Source of the DNA: a virus | Length of the DNA: 64,000 bases | IMG/VR virus record: IMGVR_UViG_3300035694_000001 | Coordinates: 31,771-95,770 of that record | Direction: 5' to 3' (one strand) | Shown: one piece after another, positions 52,916 to 63,424 of the stretch | Position numbering within the stretch: the first letter of the stretch is position 1 | How the letters are laid out: every line of letters begins with the position of its first letter | Notes under the pieces: model-generated | What the model saw: only the letters and a program-made list of their open reading frames with translations | What the model was told of the DNA's origin: nothing | Database searches by the model: none | Program-made: the position numbers and the translations under genes

Positions 52916-53557
52916 ATGGAAGACAGCAACGTAGTCGCCAAGGCTCTAGCCACCAACCTTCTCATTGCTCTGCTGAAGGCTGGCGCCGGTTGGGTGACAG
53001 GCTCTGCCTCGTTGCTCTCTGAGGCTGCGCACAGCGTGGTCGATAGCTCTACGGAGGTCATCCTCCTTGGCGGCAGTTGGCACGCTCAGCGGTGGAATAA
53101 TGCCCGGTATTTTTGGGGCCTAGTGGCCAGCATCAACATGTTTGCCATCGGCGGTCTTTACGCCATCTATGAGGGCTACCAGGCTGCCACAGAGCCGGCC
53201 AAGGCCGGCACGGCACTTTGGATGGGACTTATCGTGCTGACCGTCTCCTTCGGGTTGGAGTGCACGTCTTGGGTGCGCGCGGTCCGCACGCTGGCGGCTG
53301 AGCGCGGGGGACAGAGTTGGTACCGGCTGTTGCGCACAACTTGCAGCACAGACATCAAGGCTGTGCTGGTCGAGGACTCTGCGGACTTGACGGGATGTGT
53401 GCTGGCTGGCTTGGGGCTCAGCCTCCGAGGGCTGACCGGCTCCGCTGTTTGGGACGGCATAGCTTCCATCCTGATCGGCTGCATGCTCATCGGAATGGCT
53501 TACGAGCTAGGCGCCCAAAATTTCAAGCTGTTAGTTACCAAGGAGGTGACAGCATGA
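52916..53557 (+). CDS. cation diffusion facilitator (CDF) transporter lacking the cytosolic C-terminal domain
   Basis: NLLIALLK..TGSASLLSEAAHSVVD..EDSAD..WDGIASILIG. Confidence 0.85.
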   Translation: MEDSNVVAKALATNLLIALLKAGAGWVTGSASLLSEAAHSVVDSSTEVILLGGSWHAQRWNNARYFWGLVASINMFAIGGLYAIYEGYQAATEPAKAGTALWMGLIVLTVSFGLECTSWVRAVRTLAAERGGQSWYRLLRTTCSTDIKAVLVEDSADLTGCVLAGLGLSLRGLTGSAVWDGIASILIGCMLIGMAYELGAQNFKLLVTKEVTA

Positions 53558-53902
53558 GGGTTGAAGCAGAGATCACGGCAATGCATGATCGATTGATGCG
53601 AGACAGCATGATGTTTACAGGTAATCATAATCACCCAGCTATTGTCGCCCTGGGCTGGGTGTGTGATCGGCTAGTACCCGATGCGGAGATCCTTGCCGCT
53701 GCTGACTTGGCCGACGATGACGAGTACGAAATCCGCGCGGAAGATGTTGCTGAGCGTCTCGTTGAGCTAGCTGAAGATGACGTGTCGGCACTGAAAGAGT
53801 ACTTTAGTCGGACGGTTAATGTGCGTCTTGTCGAGATAGCCGCAGCTGCGCGTAAAGTTGATCGGCTGTGCAAGGCTGAAATGAAGAGAAGAAAGGATAG
53901 TA

Positions 53903-54928
53903 ATGGCTAGGATTGAGTATCAAAGCTGGAAGCCCGGCAGCGAGGCGCGAGAAGCCATCGCACAAGCGAACGCTATTTGCCGGGAGTACCAGCTGGCTGG
54001 GTACGACTTGACTCTGCGGCAGCTTTTCTACCAGTTCGTCTCGCGCGACTTAATCCCCAACTCCCAGCAGAGCTACAAGCGCCTCGGCGATATTATCAAC
54101 AAAGCGCGATTGTCCGGGCTTATGGATTGGAATTACATAATCGATCGCACACGTAACCTGCAGTCGCTCTCTCACTGGTCGACTCCCGGTGAGATCATCC
54201 GCTCGGCCGCACAGTCGTTTGCCTTGGACAAGTGGCGCAACCAGCCGACTCGCGTAGAAGTGTGGGTAGAGAAGGAGGCCCTTGCTGGCATCGTCTCACA
54301 GGCCGCTGATCGATACGACTGTGCGTGGTTCTCGTGCCGGGGTTATGTGAGCCAGAGCGAGCTTTGGGGTGCCGCTCAGCGTCACCTGAGGTACCTCAAA
54401 CAAGGGCAGCGTGTTGTGGTGGTGCACCTCGGCGACCATGACCCATCCGGTATCGACATGACCCGCGACATCACAGACCGGCTGATGATGTTCATCACTC
54501 AGGACTGGCTTAATCAAATGATGCCGCCTGGTGAGGAGTCAGTGCGGGTATCTGAGATTATTAAACACATGATCTATAATATCGATAATGTTGGTATGCT
54601 TTCGGGTGACCACGCAGGCCGAGATCCTATTACGGTTAACCGAATCGCGCTCAATATGCACCAAGTAGAAGAGTACGATCCTCCACCAAACCCAGCGAAG
54701 CTGACCGATTCCCGGGCGCCTGATTATGTGGAGCTTTATGGTGACGACAGCTGGGAGCTTGACGCTTTATCACCAGAAGTGTTAGACAACTTGATCAGTG
54801 AGGCTATTAGGAAGCAGTTAAACCAGGAGTTGTTTGAGGACATGGCAAGCGATGAAGAAAACCACCGTGAGGTTCTCACCGCTGCATCTGCCCGGTGGTC
54901 CGAGGTGCAAGATTTCTTGGAGGCATAG
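53903..54928 (+). CDS. Toprim protein resembling the Topo VI-A/Spo11 family
   Basis: TLRQLFY, WVEKEA, CRGY, GDHDPSG, ELDAL. Confidence 0.8.
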   Translation: MARIEYQSWKPGSEAREAIAQANAICREYQLAGYDLTLRQLFYQFVSRDLIPNSQQSYKRLGDIINKARLSGLMDWNYIIDRTRNLQSLSHWSTPGEIIRSAAQSFALDKWRNQPTRVEVWVEKEALAGIVSQAADRYDCAWFSCRGYVSQSELWGAAQRHLRYLKQGQRVVVVHLGDHDPSGIDMTRDITDRLMMFITQDWLNQMMPPGEESVRVSEIIKHMIYNIDNVGMLSGDHAGRDPITVNRIALNMHQVEEYDPPPNPAKLTDSRAPDYVELYGDDSWELDALSPEVLDNLISEAIRKQLNQELFEDMASDEENHREVLTAASARWSEVQDFLEA

Positions 54929-55387
54929 TGATAAAAGACGTGATGGACACACCAGCGGTGGCCGCTTACCTCGGTTATGCAAATCTTAATGGCGTCAGTG
55001 TGTGGGCGAAACGGCGTGGAATTAAACCGCTGTATAAGCAACCAGGGCACAAGGGTTTCAATGTGTATGCACGAAAGGATGTTGTCGAGGGCAAGGAGAA
55101 TATGCCGGGACAGGGCAGGAGGTCAACGAAGTAGCGTAGCTGACTACTGCGTGTCGTGCTTTCGCTAGCCCTCGGTAACTTAGCAGCATCCTGGGCACCT
55201 AGGCTCTCGACGGCAACCGTCGCCCGTCCGGGGCGTCTATCTGGGCACTACCAGTAGAGGGAGCCGTGTATATGAAGGGTCTGCGGGTTACGCAGCTGCT
55301 TGAAGCCTGGTGGGGTCACCACCGCACGCCGCGCGGCCGGCACAGGTTGGGACGGCTGCACTCCTCCGGCGGTCGCCACCTCGCCGC

Positions 55388-55891
55388 GTGAGCCCGGTAC
55401 CGGTGCTCTACCTCGATCTTGATGGCACTGTGCGTCACGGTCTTGACGAGCTGGGCAGGTTCGTGACCAGCCCTGATGATGTGGTGATCTTCCCTGAAGC
55501 GGTAGAGATGATGCGGCGCTGGAAGGTGGCCGGCGGCCGGATTGTTGGTGTGTCTAATCAAGGCGGCATCGCCCTCGGCCATCTAACCATGCATAGTTGC
55601 GCAGAAACGATGATGCGCACTCATGAACTAACTAGTCAGCTGTTCGATAAAATTTTGTGGTGTCGTCACCACCCACAAGCTGAAGATCCGCTGCAAGCTC
55701 GTTGTTGGTGTAGGAAGCCCGCTCCTGGTCTCTTGATTGAGGGGGCCTTGTATATGGCTTTGGATCATAAAACAGAAATTTACCCTCTCTCCATGGCTTT
55801 GATGGTGGGAGATCGACCAGAAGACAAAGAGTGTGCTCGATCAGCAAGCATTGATTTTCAGTGGGCTCACGAATGGAGGGCTCAAACATGA
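55388..55891 (+). CDS. HAD IIIA phosphatase (GmhB/HisB-like)
   Basis: DLDGT, SNQGGI, CWCRKP, MVGDR. Confidence 0.88.
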   Translation: MSPVPVLYLDLDGTVRHGLDELGRFVTSPDDVVIFPEAVEMMRRWKVAGGRIVGVSNQGGIALGHLTMHSCAETMMRTHELTSQLFDKILWCRHHPQAEDPLQARCWCRKPAPGLLIEGALYMALDHKTEIYPLSMALMVGDRPEDKECARSASIDFQWAHEWRAQT

Positions 55892-57134
55892 CTGATCATC
55901 GTTGCGCACGAGGTAGCCGGTGCGCACGCACGGAGACCGTCTCCTATGATCACTGCGCTGGGGAGTGCCAGTGTCACCTGGGCCCTCACTACCTCTGTTC
56001 AGTGCCAGGAGGCTGCGGGCATCTGCACAAGGCCACCTCAGCTGATGTAGGGGCCATGATCGAGCATCAGCGTGGTTTGTGTTCGCTCTGTGAGCTGGTT
56101 GTGGCCGATGCGCTTGCTGATTTGCCTCAGGACTACGTCTCGCTGCGTGCGGCGCAGCATCGGGGCGTGTCGCCGGCTACTGGGGAGCTGGTCATGGCCA
56201 CTAAAGATCTCCCCGTGCCGATTTCGCTTACACTCACCACGCTGGCTGACCAGATCGAAATCGAAACAACGGCATTCGCTGAGCCCGTTGCGGAGAAGCT
56301 GCACATAGACTGGGACAGAGCCACAACCCCACGGGCGGTAAGTCGATACGGCGTGCCACCACGTTACAGTGGTTCAGTGATACTGAATAAAGCGGCAAAC
56401 TTGCTGCGCAATTCTGTTTATACTTTGCTGAACTTACCTACTTGGGAGTATCGATTATGGGGTGAGGACGGCTGGGTTGAAGTGGCGGTGGATGGGGTTG
56501 GTGCTGCACTCACGCTTCTCGCATTGCACCACGCTGCCCGATCTACGCTAGGTCTTACTCGGGCAGTAATGACTATGCAGGCGCGATGCCCCTGGTGCAG
56601 GGCGCAATCTATTGTGCAAATATCAGGCAGAGCCCACAAAGAATGTCAACTGTGTCTCGTTAAATTCACGGAACGTGAATACGAGCAGCTAACGATTATT
56701 ACCATCAACGATCATCCGAAGCCTCCGAAAAAACCACAGCGTTTCGGACCTCAGCTTTCTAGCTCAGTTGAGGGCTCAGTAGGCAGGCCAATGCCAGGGT
56801 GAGCCGGCCATGGCCGTGGAAAGAGACCCCGCTCAAGCAACGAGAACGGGTAGCCCTGAGCTATCGGGCTCTAGTGGAGAAACTCAATCCAGAAGCGTGC
56901 GCTCAGCTTGATGCCGAGATGCTGGAATTTGGCGTGCGCTGGGTTGTGCCGCAAGTTGTGACTTACATAGACACGGATTTACTTGATGCAGTGATGGCCG
57001 CTAACTACTGTCAAGTCAATGTTAAGACGATGTATGTTTGGCGGTCCCGAGGGCTTGCCTCGGTCGACACACCGGACGGCATCCGGTTCCGGTTCGCTGA
57101 CTTGCAGCGGTGGGTAGCTGGTAGTCGAGGCTGA
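55888..57134 (+). other. Zn-finger protein 55888-56802 and HTH protein 56799-57134, candidate late regulators
   Basis: CxxC pairs; AANYCQVNVKTMYVWRSRG HTH. Confidence 0.55.
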
Positions 57135-57143
57135 TACGCTGCG

Positions 57144-57297
57144 TGATCGCTAGTGGTGTAAAGGAGGCAGGGGTGCCCTGGCCAGCGTGGCGGCAACGGC
57201 AGACCTGCTCATGACAGGCAGCGTCAGTTCCGCGTGGCTTCAAGCACGCCGGCCGAGGGGCCGGTAATGCTGGGTTCGAGTCCCAGCCTAGCGATCA
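57144..57297 (+). ncRNA. ~154-nt tRNA-like RNA with a greatly expanded anticodon domain
   Basis: TGATCGCTAG/CTAGCGATCA closing stem, D-like arm, canonical GGTTCGAGTCC T-arm, long stem ending in loop CTCATGA. Confidence 0.7.
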
Positions 57298-57433
57298 GTG
57301 CTTGGTTGCAAAAATGCAATCACCTCTCTGACCTGCGAAGTTTGCACATAAGCTGTCGCTTGACTACCGTCTTTCGACAGGACGACGTGTGCCTGCAGCA
57401 CAGCGCCGCAAGTTCCCCTGCGTGGGGAAGCCA

Positions 57434-57483
57434 CGAACCGACCGAGGCGAAGCAACCCCCGACTCCCCGCCTCGGTCGGTTCG
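57434..57483. other. 16-bp perfect hairpin with C-rich loop
   Basis: CGAACCGACCGAGGCG / CGCCTCGGTCGGTTCG. Confidence 0.65.
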
Positions 57484-57501
57484 CACACATTTGGGGATAA
57501 T

Positions 57502-57678
57502 ATGCTTCTCACCCTGGCCTACATCTGCATCGTTATTGGGGTGATTTTGATCATCCTTGGAGCCCTCGGTGTGACTGCCGGGCTGACTCCCTACGGGACG
57601 CACGGCGGTGTGACGCTCTTGGTTATCGGAGTCATTCTCTACGTGGTTTTACTTTTGCTACCAGCTGCACCTGCGTAG
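57502..57678 (+). CDS. small two-TM membrane protein (not in ORF track)
   Basis: MLLTLAYICIVIGVILIILG..LLVIGVILYVVLLLL. Confidence 0.6.
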   Translation: MLLTLAYICIVIGVILIILGALGVTAGLTPYGTHGGVTLLVIGVILYVVLLLLPAAPA

Positions 57679-57980
57679 ACTGAGAGTTCATGAGCAGCAA
57701 TACGGCGACAGGCCCGGATGACCGGTCAATAGGTGAAAATACACTAGTTGACCGTGAAAATACACGACATAATATAGCAAACTGGGTAAGACGGAACTAT
57801 CCGCAGCAATGGGATGTTTCGTGCGAAGAGCTGGCTGAGCTGATAGACATTCTAGGGCTTTGGCCCAGGTATGACCCACCAGCTGGCACTACCCCGACGC
57901 AACGCACGAAGATCACAGACTGCGGACCGGTGCTCCTGAGCAAGGCGTAACCCAGGGCAGCACACGTCGTTACTGAGGGC

Positions 57981-58430
57981 ATGCGCTCACCTAAGCTGGC
58001 TGTAGTCGGGGCCGTAGCCACGGTAACCGCGTCCGTCGCCCTTGGCCTGCTGCTGGCGTTGCCAGCGTTTGCTGGGCCCACTGACTGCCCTGAGGGCTCT
58101 CTGACGAACTGCGTCATCCCCAGCTGCCCAGGTGGGGTCACTCAGCCCTCCCCCGGTGTGGTTCAGTGCGATCTGGGTTCGCTCGTGCTGGCGCGCGCCA
58201 GGGCTGAGGTCTTGACCCCTGATCAGGTGGTCAACCTCTGTGTTGATGCGAAGATTCGCAACGCTGCGCGCATCCGTATCGTGATCCGGCGGCCCGAGCT
58301 GATTGTGATCGATGGCAAGACCTGTGACGTTGTTGTGCCAACAACGAACACCCCAGCTCCTGTAGTGCCTTCCGCCACGGAAGCCCCCGCGCCACCCGTT
58401 GTTACGGCTAGCCTGCCTGTGACTCACTAA
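57981..58430 (+). CDS. secreted Cys-containing protein
   Basis: Signal peptide ending PAFA; Pro/Thr tail ending LPVTH. Confidence 0.65.
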   Translation: MRSPKLAVVGAVATVTASVALGLLLALPAFAGPTDCPEGSLTNCVIPSCPGGVTQPSPGVVQCDLGSLVLARARAEVLTPDQVVNLCVDAKIRNAARIRIVIRRPELIVIDGKTCDVVVPTTNTPAPVVPSATEAPAPPVVTASLPVTH

Positions 58431-58758
58431 TGGGAATTATCGTAGCGCTGCTGGTTTTGTGGCTGGTCTGCATTGTGGTCGGCTTCTTAGTGAAGACCGT
58501 TCTATGGCTAGCCATATTCGGAGTTGTGGCGTTCATTGTGACAGTAGGCGCTGGGGTTATTCATGCGGTGCGTCGCTAATCAATGGGCGCATCAAGCTCC
58601 CCGTGCGCGTATTCGTCGTGCTCAGTGTCGAGCAGTGCTGTGATTTCTTCGTCAGTGACCATGTGACCTCCCTGGTGTGTTTTTCGGCTTTGAATTATAC
58701 CGCAGCTAACCGCTCACCGCAGAGAATCAACCGTTCACCGCTAGATGGGTTTACTTAG

Positions 58759-59415
<657 letters not shown>

Positions 59416-59714
59416 TGACTTGGTGGGGCTGGTTGCTGGCCGGCCTTGCTGCCGTGGTTGCGGTGTGGACGGTGCTTCGCTAGCCAGTATGCGGCGCGCT
59501 CGGCCAGTGTAGGTCTTGCCCGTAGTCGGTGCCGGGGATCACGCGGCCGGCGGTAGTTGGACACAACAACCAGGATGCTGCGCTCCATGGTGGGCCTGCT
59601 TTCGTTAAGGAACGGCCCGTACTTACTGCTGCCCAGCAGTCGTGCCTGGGATGGTAACGCGTAATTGAAGATCTAGTTACGCGATCCACCTGAATGGATT
59701 AAATGAGGTGCTTC

Positions 59715-59984
59715 ATGGTCGCTGGCAAAGAAGTCACACCTAAAGACGCTGAAAGTACCGAGCGCTTGATGCGCTACTGGTCAGAAGGCGAAGGCGCGAC
59801 TAAGTTGCAGTGGGGTGTGACCGGAGATTTTAACCGTTGTCGAGTTGAGTTAAGTAAGTATGTGGGGCCAAGCACTGTGGATGGTTTGTGTGCGAACCTA
59901 CATAAAAGGGCTACTGGTTTTTGGCCAGGTCACGCCCCGACTGAACAAACGCCGGGCGCCAGCAAAGACAAGGGCAAAAAATGA
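59715..59984 (+). CDS. conserved actinophage hypothetical protein
   Basis: RYW..GEG..W...GDF.RC..L.KY..GLCANLH..TG.WPG. Confidence 0.65.
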   Translation: MVAGKEVTPKDAESTERLMRYWSEGEGATKLQWGVTGDFNRCRVELSKYVGPSTVDGLCANLHKRATGFWPGHAPTEQTPGASKDKGKK

Positions 59985-60670
59985 TGGCCGACCTGCTGAT
60001 GATTGTGCCGTCACGAGGTCGCCCTCAAAATGCCCGGGATCTGTACACTTCGTGGATGGCTACAGCGACCGGAAACTCACAGTTGCTTTTCGTTGTTGAC
60101 GACGATGATCCCCAACTCGGCACATATGAAAATCAGATGGCGTGGATGCTTAATGCCCAGCTGCTTGTAGGGCCGAGGCTGCGCATGGTGGGTTCGCTCA
60201 ACGCGGCCGCCACGAGCCAAGGGCGGCAATACAAGTATGTGGGTTTCATGGGCGATGACCACCGGCCCCGCACGGTTGATTGGGATAACCGCCTCATGGA
60301 TGTGCTGGCTCAATCGCCGGCCAGCATCGCGTACGGTAATGATTTGCTGCAGGGTGAGAAAATGGCTACGGCCGTTGTGATGACCTCGGATATCGTTGCG
60401 GCCCTCGGCTACATGGCGCCGCCCTGCTTGGTGCACCTTTGTGTTGATTTGTGTTGGAACCTGTGGGGTGAGCGCCTCGGCACGTTGACGTACCTGGATA
60501 ATGTCGTTATTGAGCACATGCACCCAGCTAACGGCAAAGCGATGAATGATGCTGGTTACCAGGATGCAAATAGCACAGAGCGCATCGCCTCAGATTCCGC
60601 CGCGTTCTACGAATACCGAGACGGTGGTCAGCTAGACGCTGATGTCGACAAGTTGCGTACCTTGTTGTAG
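59984..60670 (+). CDS. GT-A (family 2-like) glycosyltransferase
   Basis: IVPSRGR, VVDDDD, FMGDD, EHMH. Confidence 0.82.
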   Translation: MADLLMIVPSRGRPQNARDLYTSWMATATGNSQLLFVVDDDDPQLGTYENQMAWMLNAQLLVGPRLRMVGSLNAAATSQGRQYKYVGFMGDDHRPRTVDWDNRLMDVLAQSPASIAYGNDLLQGEKMATAVVMTSDIVAALGYMAPPCLVHLCVDLCWNLWGERLGTLTYLDNVVIEHMHPANGKAMNDAGYQDANSTERIASDSAAFYEYRDGGQLDADVDKLRTLL

Positions 60671-60745
60671 ACTACACAGAGTAAGGACCCCAGCGAGTGC
60701 GGGAACACTCCTGGGGCCGTGGCTAACCTGAGAGAGCAGGCTCGC

Positions 60746-61348
60746 ATGAAGTATGATACACGTCCATGCATAATTTGCAATGTACCTTATAATCCTGTGC
60801 GGGTCGATTCACGTGCATGCGGTAAGAGGTGCCGGAATATACTAACTCGTCGTGAATCTGATGCGCGTAAGCGTGGGGAATTCGTGCCGTTACGACGTCC
60901 TAGAATTGTAACCAGTACTTCAAAAATGTGCACTCTGTGTGAGAAAATCAAAAAATTCACAGAGTTTGGCAACAAAGCGGCAAGTCCAGACGGCTTTAAC
61001 ACTTGGTGCCGTGCTTGCGCAAATGATCGAAGTCGTGTGTGGTATTGTGACAATACCGAACGTGCTAACACTAATACTCGCGCGTGGCGCCTTCGACAAC
61101 GTGGTTTTACTGCGTATGAACTAGCTTATCGCATGAATGAACAAGATAACAAATGTGTTGTGTGTCTTAGTCGGTTTCATTCTTCTGGTAAGCGCACTCC
61201 TGTCATTGATCACGACCATGCCACAGGCCATACTCGCGGAATTATTTGTACATTGTGCAACACAGCTATAGGTCAACTCGGCGACAATGAGACGGGATTG
61301 CAACGGGCGCTTGAGTATGTACGTCGAGGGAGTCTGGTGAGTGCATGA
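60746..61348 (+). CDS. endonuclease VII-family homing endonuclease inserted in the glycosylation cluster
   Basis: CVVC..IDHDH..RGIICTLCN. Confidence 0.88.
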   Translation: MKYDTRPCIICNVPYNPVRVDSRACGKRCRNILTRRESDARKRGEFVPLRRPRIVTSTSKMCTLCEKIKKFTEFGNKAASPDGFNTWCRACANDRSRVWYCDNTERANTNTRAWRLRQRGFTAYELAYRMNEQDNKCVVCLSRFHSSGKRTPVIDHDHATGHTRGIICTLCNTAIGQLGDNETGLQRALEYVRRGSLVSA

Positions 61349-61962
61349 CCCTGGTTGTTGTGCCGTGGCGCGACGACGGCCACCGCGTCTTGACCTGCAC
61401 GGCTGTCTGTATCGCCCTCAGGCACATGCTGCCGAGGTCGCCCATGGTCTTGGCCGACTCTGGCCATGAGCCCTTCAACCGCTCGGCCTCACGCAACCTC
61501 GGCGTCCGCTCCGCAGATCCTGGGGAGCTTGTAGTGGTGTGCGACGCGGACACGCTTCCAGATCCTCAGGGTCTCGCCACGGCCATCCGACGCGCCTATG
61601 ATGGCCGGCTGCACTACCCCTTCGCTGTCGTCAACTACCTCTCTGAGGCTGGCACGCTGAGCGTGCTGCAGGGTAATCAGCCAAGCCGGGAGCACATCGA
61701 GCGTTCAATACCCAGCGCGCAGGGCGGCATCATGGTCATGCGCGCCAGTGCGTGGCTCGAAGCCGGCGGCATGGATGAACGATTCATAGGCTGGGGCTAT
61801 GAGGATAATGCGTGGTACGCCAAAGTAGCGAAGACTATCGGGCCGCCAATTCATCATGCAGGTGTGGCTTGGCATCTCTGGCACCCAGCGCTGCGGTATC
61901 AAGGTACTACCGAAGAGACCAATAACTTTTTGATGGCCCGGAAAGCGATTGATGAACGGTAA
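61345..61962 (+). CDS. GT-A glycosyltransferase (galactosyltransferase-like)
   Basis: VVPWR, FNRSASRN, DAD, GGMDERFIGWGYED, HLWH. Confidence 0.88.
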   Translation: MTLVVVPWRDDGHRVLTCTAVCIALRHMLPRSPMVLADSGHEPFNRSASRNLGVRSADPGELVVVCDADTLPDPQGLATAIRRAYDGRLHYPFAVVNYLSEAGTLSVLQGNQPSREHIERSIPSAQGGIMVMRASAWLEAGGMDERFIGWGYEDNAWYAKVAKTIGPPIHHAGVAWHLWHPALRYQGTTEETNNFLMARKAIDER

Positions 61963-62540
61963 TGGCTGAGTATCGCTTCTTCCCTGAGGGCACTGTCCCT
62001 TACGTTTCTACCGAGCAATTCCATCATGGTCGAGATCGCGCGCCGCACCTAGAACAACAAGCACACCGTACCCGGCTCTTTCGAGTCGCTCATATTGTGA
62101 GATCACTGCATCCCGATTCCGTTGTTGACCTTGGCTGCGGAGATGGCGGATTGCTGTCTTTGCTCAAAAATGTGGATTCATGGGGTTATGATTTTCAGCC
62201 GTCGAATGTTGAGGGCTGGGAAGAACGCGGTGTGACAGCGGAAACCAAAGATGTGTTGTACCCAGGCGCGGGTGTTCGTTGGGCTGAGGTTGCTGTGATG
62301 ACCGAGGTACTCGAACACATTGCCGACCCTCACGGCGTTGTGGCTTGGGTAGCGAAACACTGCAAATACCTCGTGGCATCTTCACCCCATAGCGAGACAC
62401 CTGAGTGGCATGCTGAAGAGCATGCTTGGGGTTGGGATATGTTGGGATACGCGGCTTTGTTCTCGGAGCACTGCGAAATCGTGCAGCATGAGTACATAGA
62501 CTGGTGCCAGATTCTCGTAGGTCGGAGCAGATACGTATGA
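61962..62540 (+). CDS. class I SAM-dependent methyltransferase
   Basis: VDLGCGDG, EVLEHI.DP. Confidence 0.88.
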   Translation: MAEYRFFPEGTVPYVSTEQFHHGRDRAPHLEQQAHRTRLFRVAHIVRSLHPDSVVDLGCGDGGLLSLLKNVDSWGYDFQPSNVEGWEERGVTAETKDVLYPGAGVRWAEVAVMTEVLEHIADPHGVVAWVAKHCKYLVASSPHSETPEWHAEEHAWGWDMLGYAALFSEHCEIVQHEYIDWCQILVGRSRYV

Positions 62541-63424
62541 ACAAAAAAGCTCTAGTGACCGGTTCGGCCGGGCTGATCGGCCGTTATTTTGTAGAGCACT
62601 TGCTTAGCGGTAGCTGGGATGTCACAACAATTGATATAAAGTATCGTCATCGAGATGCGCGCGAATACTTCCGTCAGATTGACACACCTAAATTTGACCT
62701 GGTCGTGCACTGCGCCGCGCACGTAGGCGGTCGGCTGGATATTGAGGGCAAGGCTGCTTTTATCGGGGCTTATAACGTTCAGCTTGATGGTGCGATGTTT
62801 GAGTGGGCTTTGCGCACTCGGCCAGCGCATGTTGTGTACTGGTCTAGCTCTGCTGCGTATCCTGTGTGTATGCAAAAAAGTGACCATTACGAGAGGCTTT
62901 GTGAGCCTGATATTAACGTGAATTTTCCGGCTCCTGCAGACTTTACTTACGGCTGGGCCAAGCTCGTGGGCGAGCGGCTTGCTCAAGAAGTTCAGGCTGA
63001 GGGAATCAAGGTGCATGTATTTCGCCCATTTTCGGGATGGGCCGATGACCAGGATACCTCATACCCGATGGGTGCCTTCTTAGACCGAGCCCGCCGCAAG
63101 GCAGATCCGTTTGACGTCTGGGGTGACGGCAATCAGGTACGTGATTTCATCCACATGAGCGACATCATCGGCGCGACCATGGCCGCGATAGACCAGGACT
63201 ACCCCGGACCGCTCAACTTCTGCACAGGCGTGCCTACGAGCTTCAACGAGCTGGCCGAGTTGGTCACCTCGGCGGCTGGCTACCGTCCAGCGCTGAAACA
63301 CCACTCAGACAAGCCTCAGGGTGTCCGTTACCGAGTTGGTGACCCTACCGAGCTGCACAAGGTCTGGACGCCTCGCGTGAGCCTTGAGGAGGGCATCACA
63401 CGAGCGTTAGCAGGTAGAGCGTGA
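62537..63424 (+). CDS. NAD-dependent sugar epimerase/dehydratase
   Basis: VTGSAGLIG, SSSAAY, YGWAK, GDGNQVRDFIH. Confidence 0.92.
   Translation: MNKKALVTGSAGLIGRYFVEHLLSGSWDVTTIDIKYRHRDAREYFRQIDTPKFDLVVHCAAHVGGRLDIEGKAAFIGAYNVQLDGAMFEWALRTRPAHVVYWSSSAAYPVCMQKSDHYERLCEPDINVNFPAPADFTYGWAKLVGERLAQEVQAEGIKVHVFRPFSGWADDQDTSYPMGAFLDRARRKADPFDVWGDGNQVRDFIHMSDIIGATMAAIDQDYPGPLNFCTGVPTSFNELAELVTSAAGYRPALKHHSDKPQGVRYRVGDPTELHKVWTPRVSLEEGITRALAGRA

Noticed and set aside
53903-54928. Wadjet defence system
   Set aside because: No JetA/B/C (SMC) genes nearby
57144-57297. tmRNA or group I intron-containing tRNA
   Set aside because: Insert far too short; no tag ORF, no G3-U70 alanine identity and no intron core motifs
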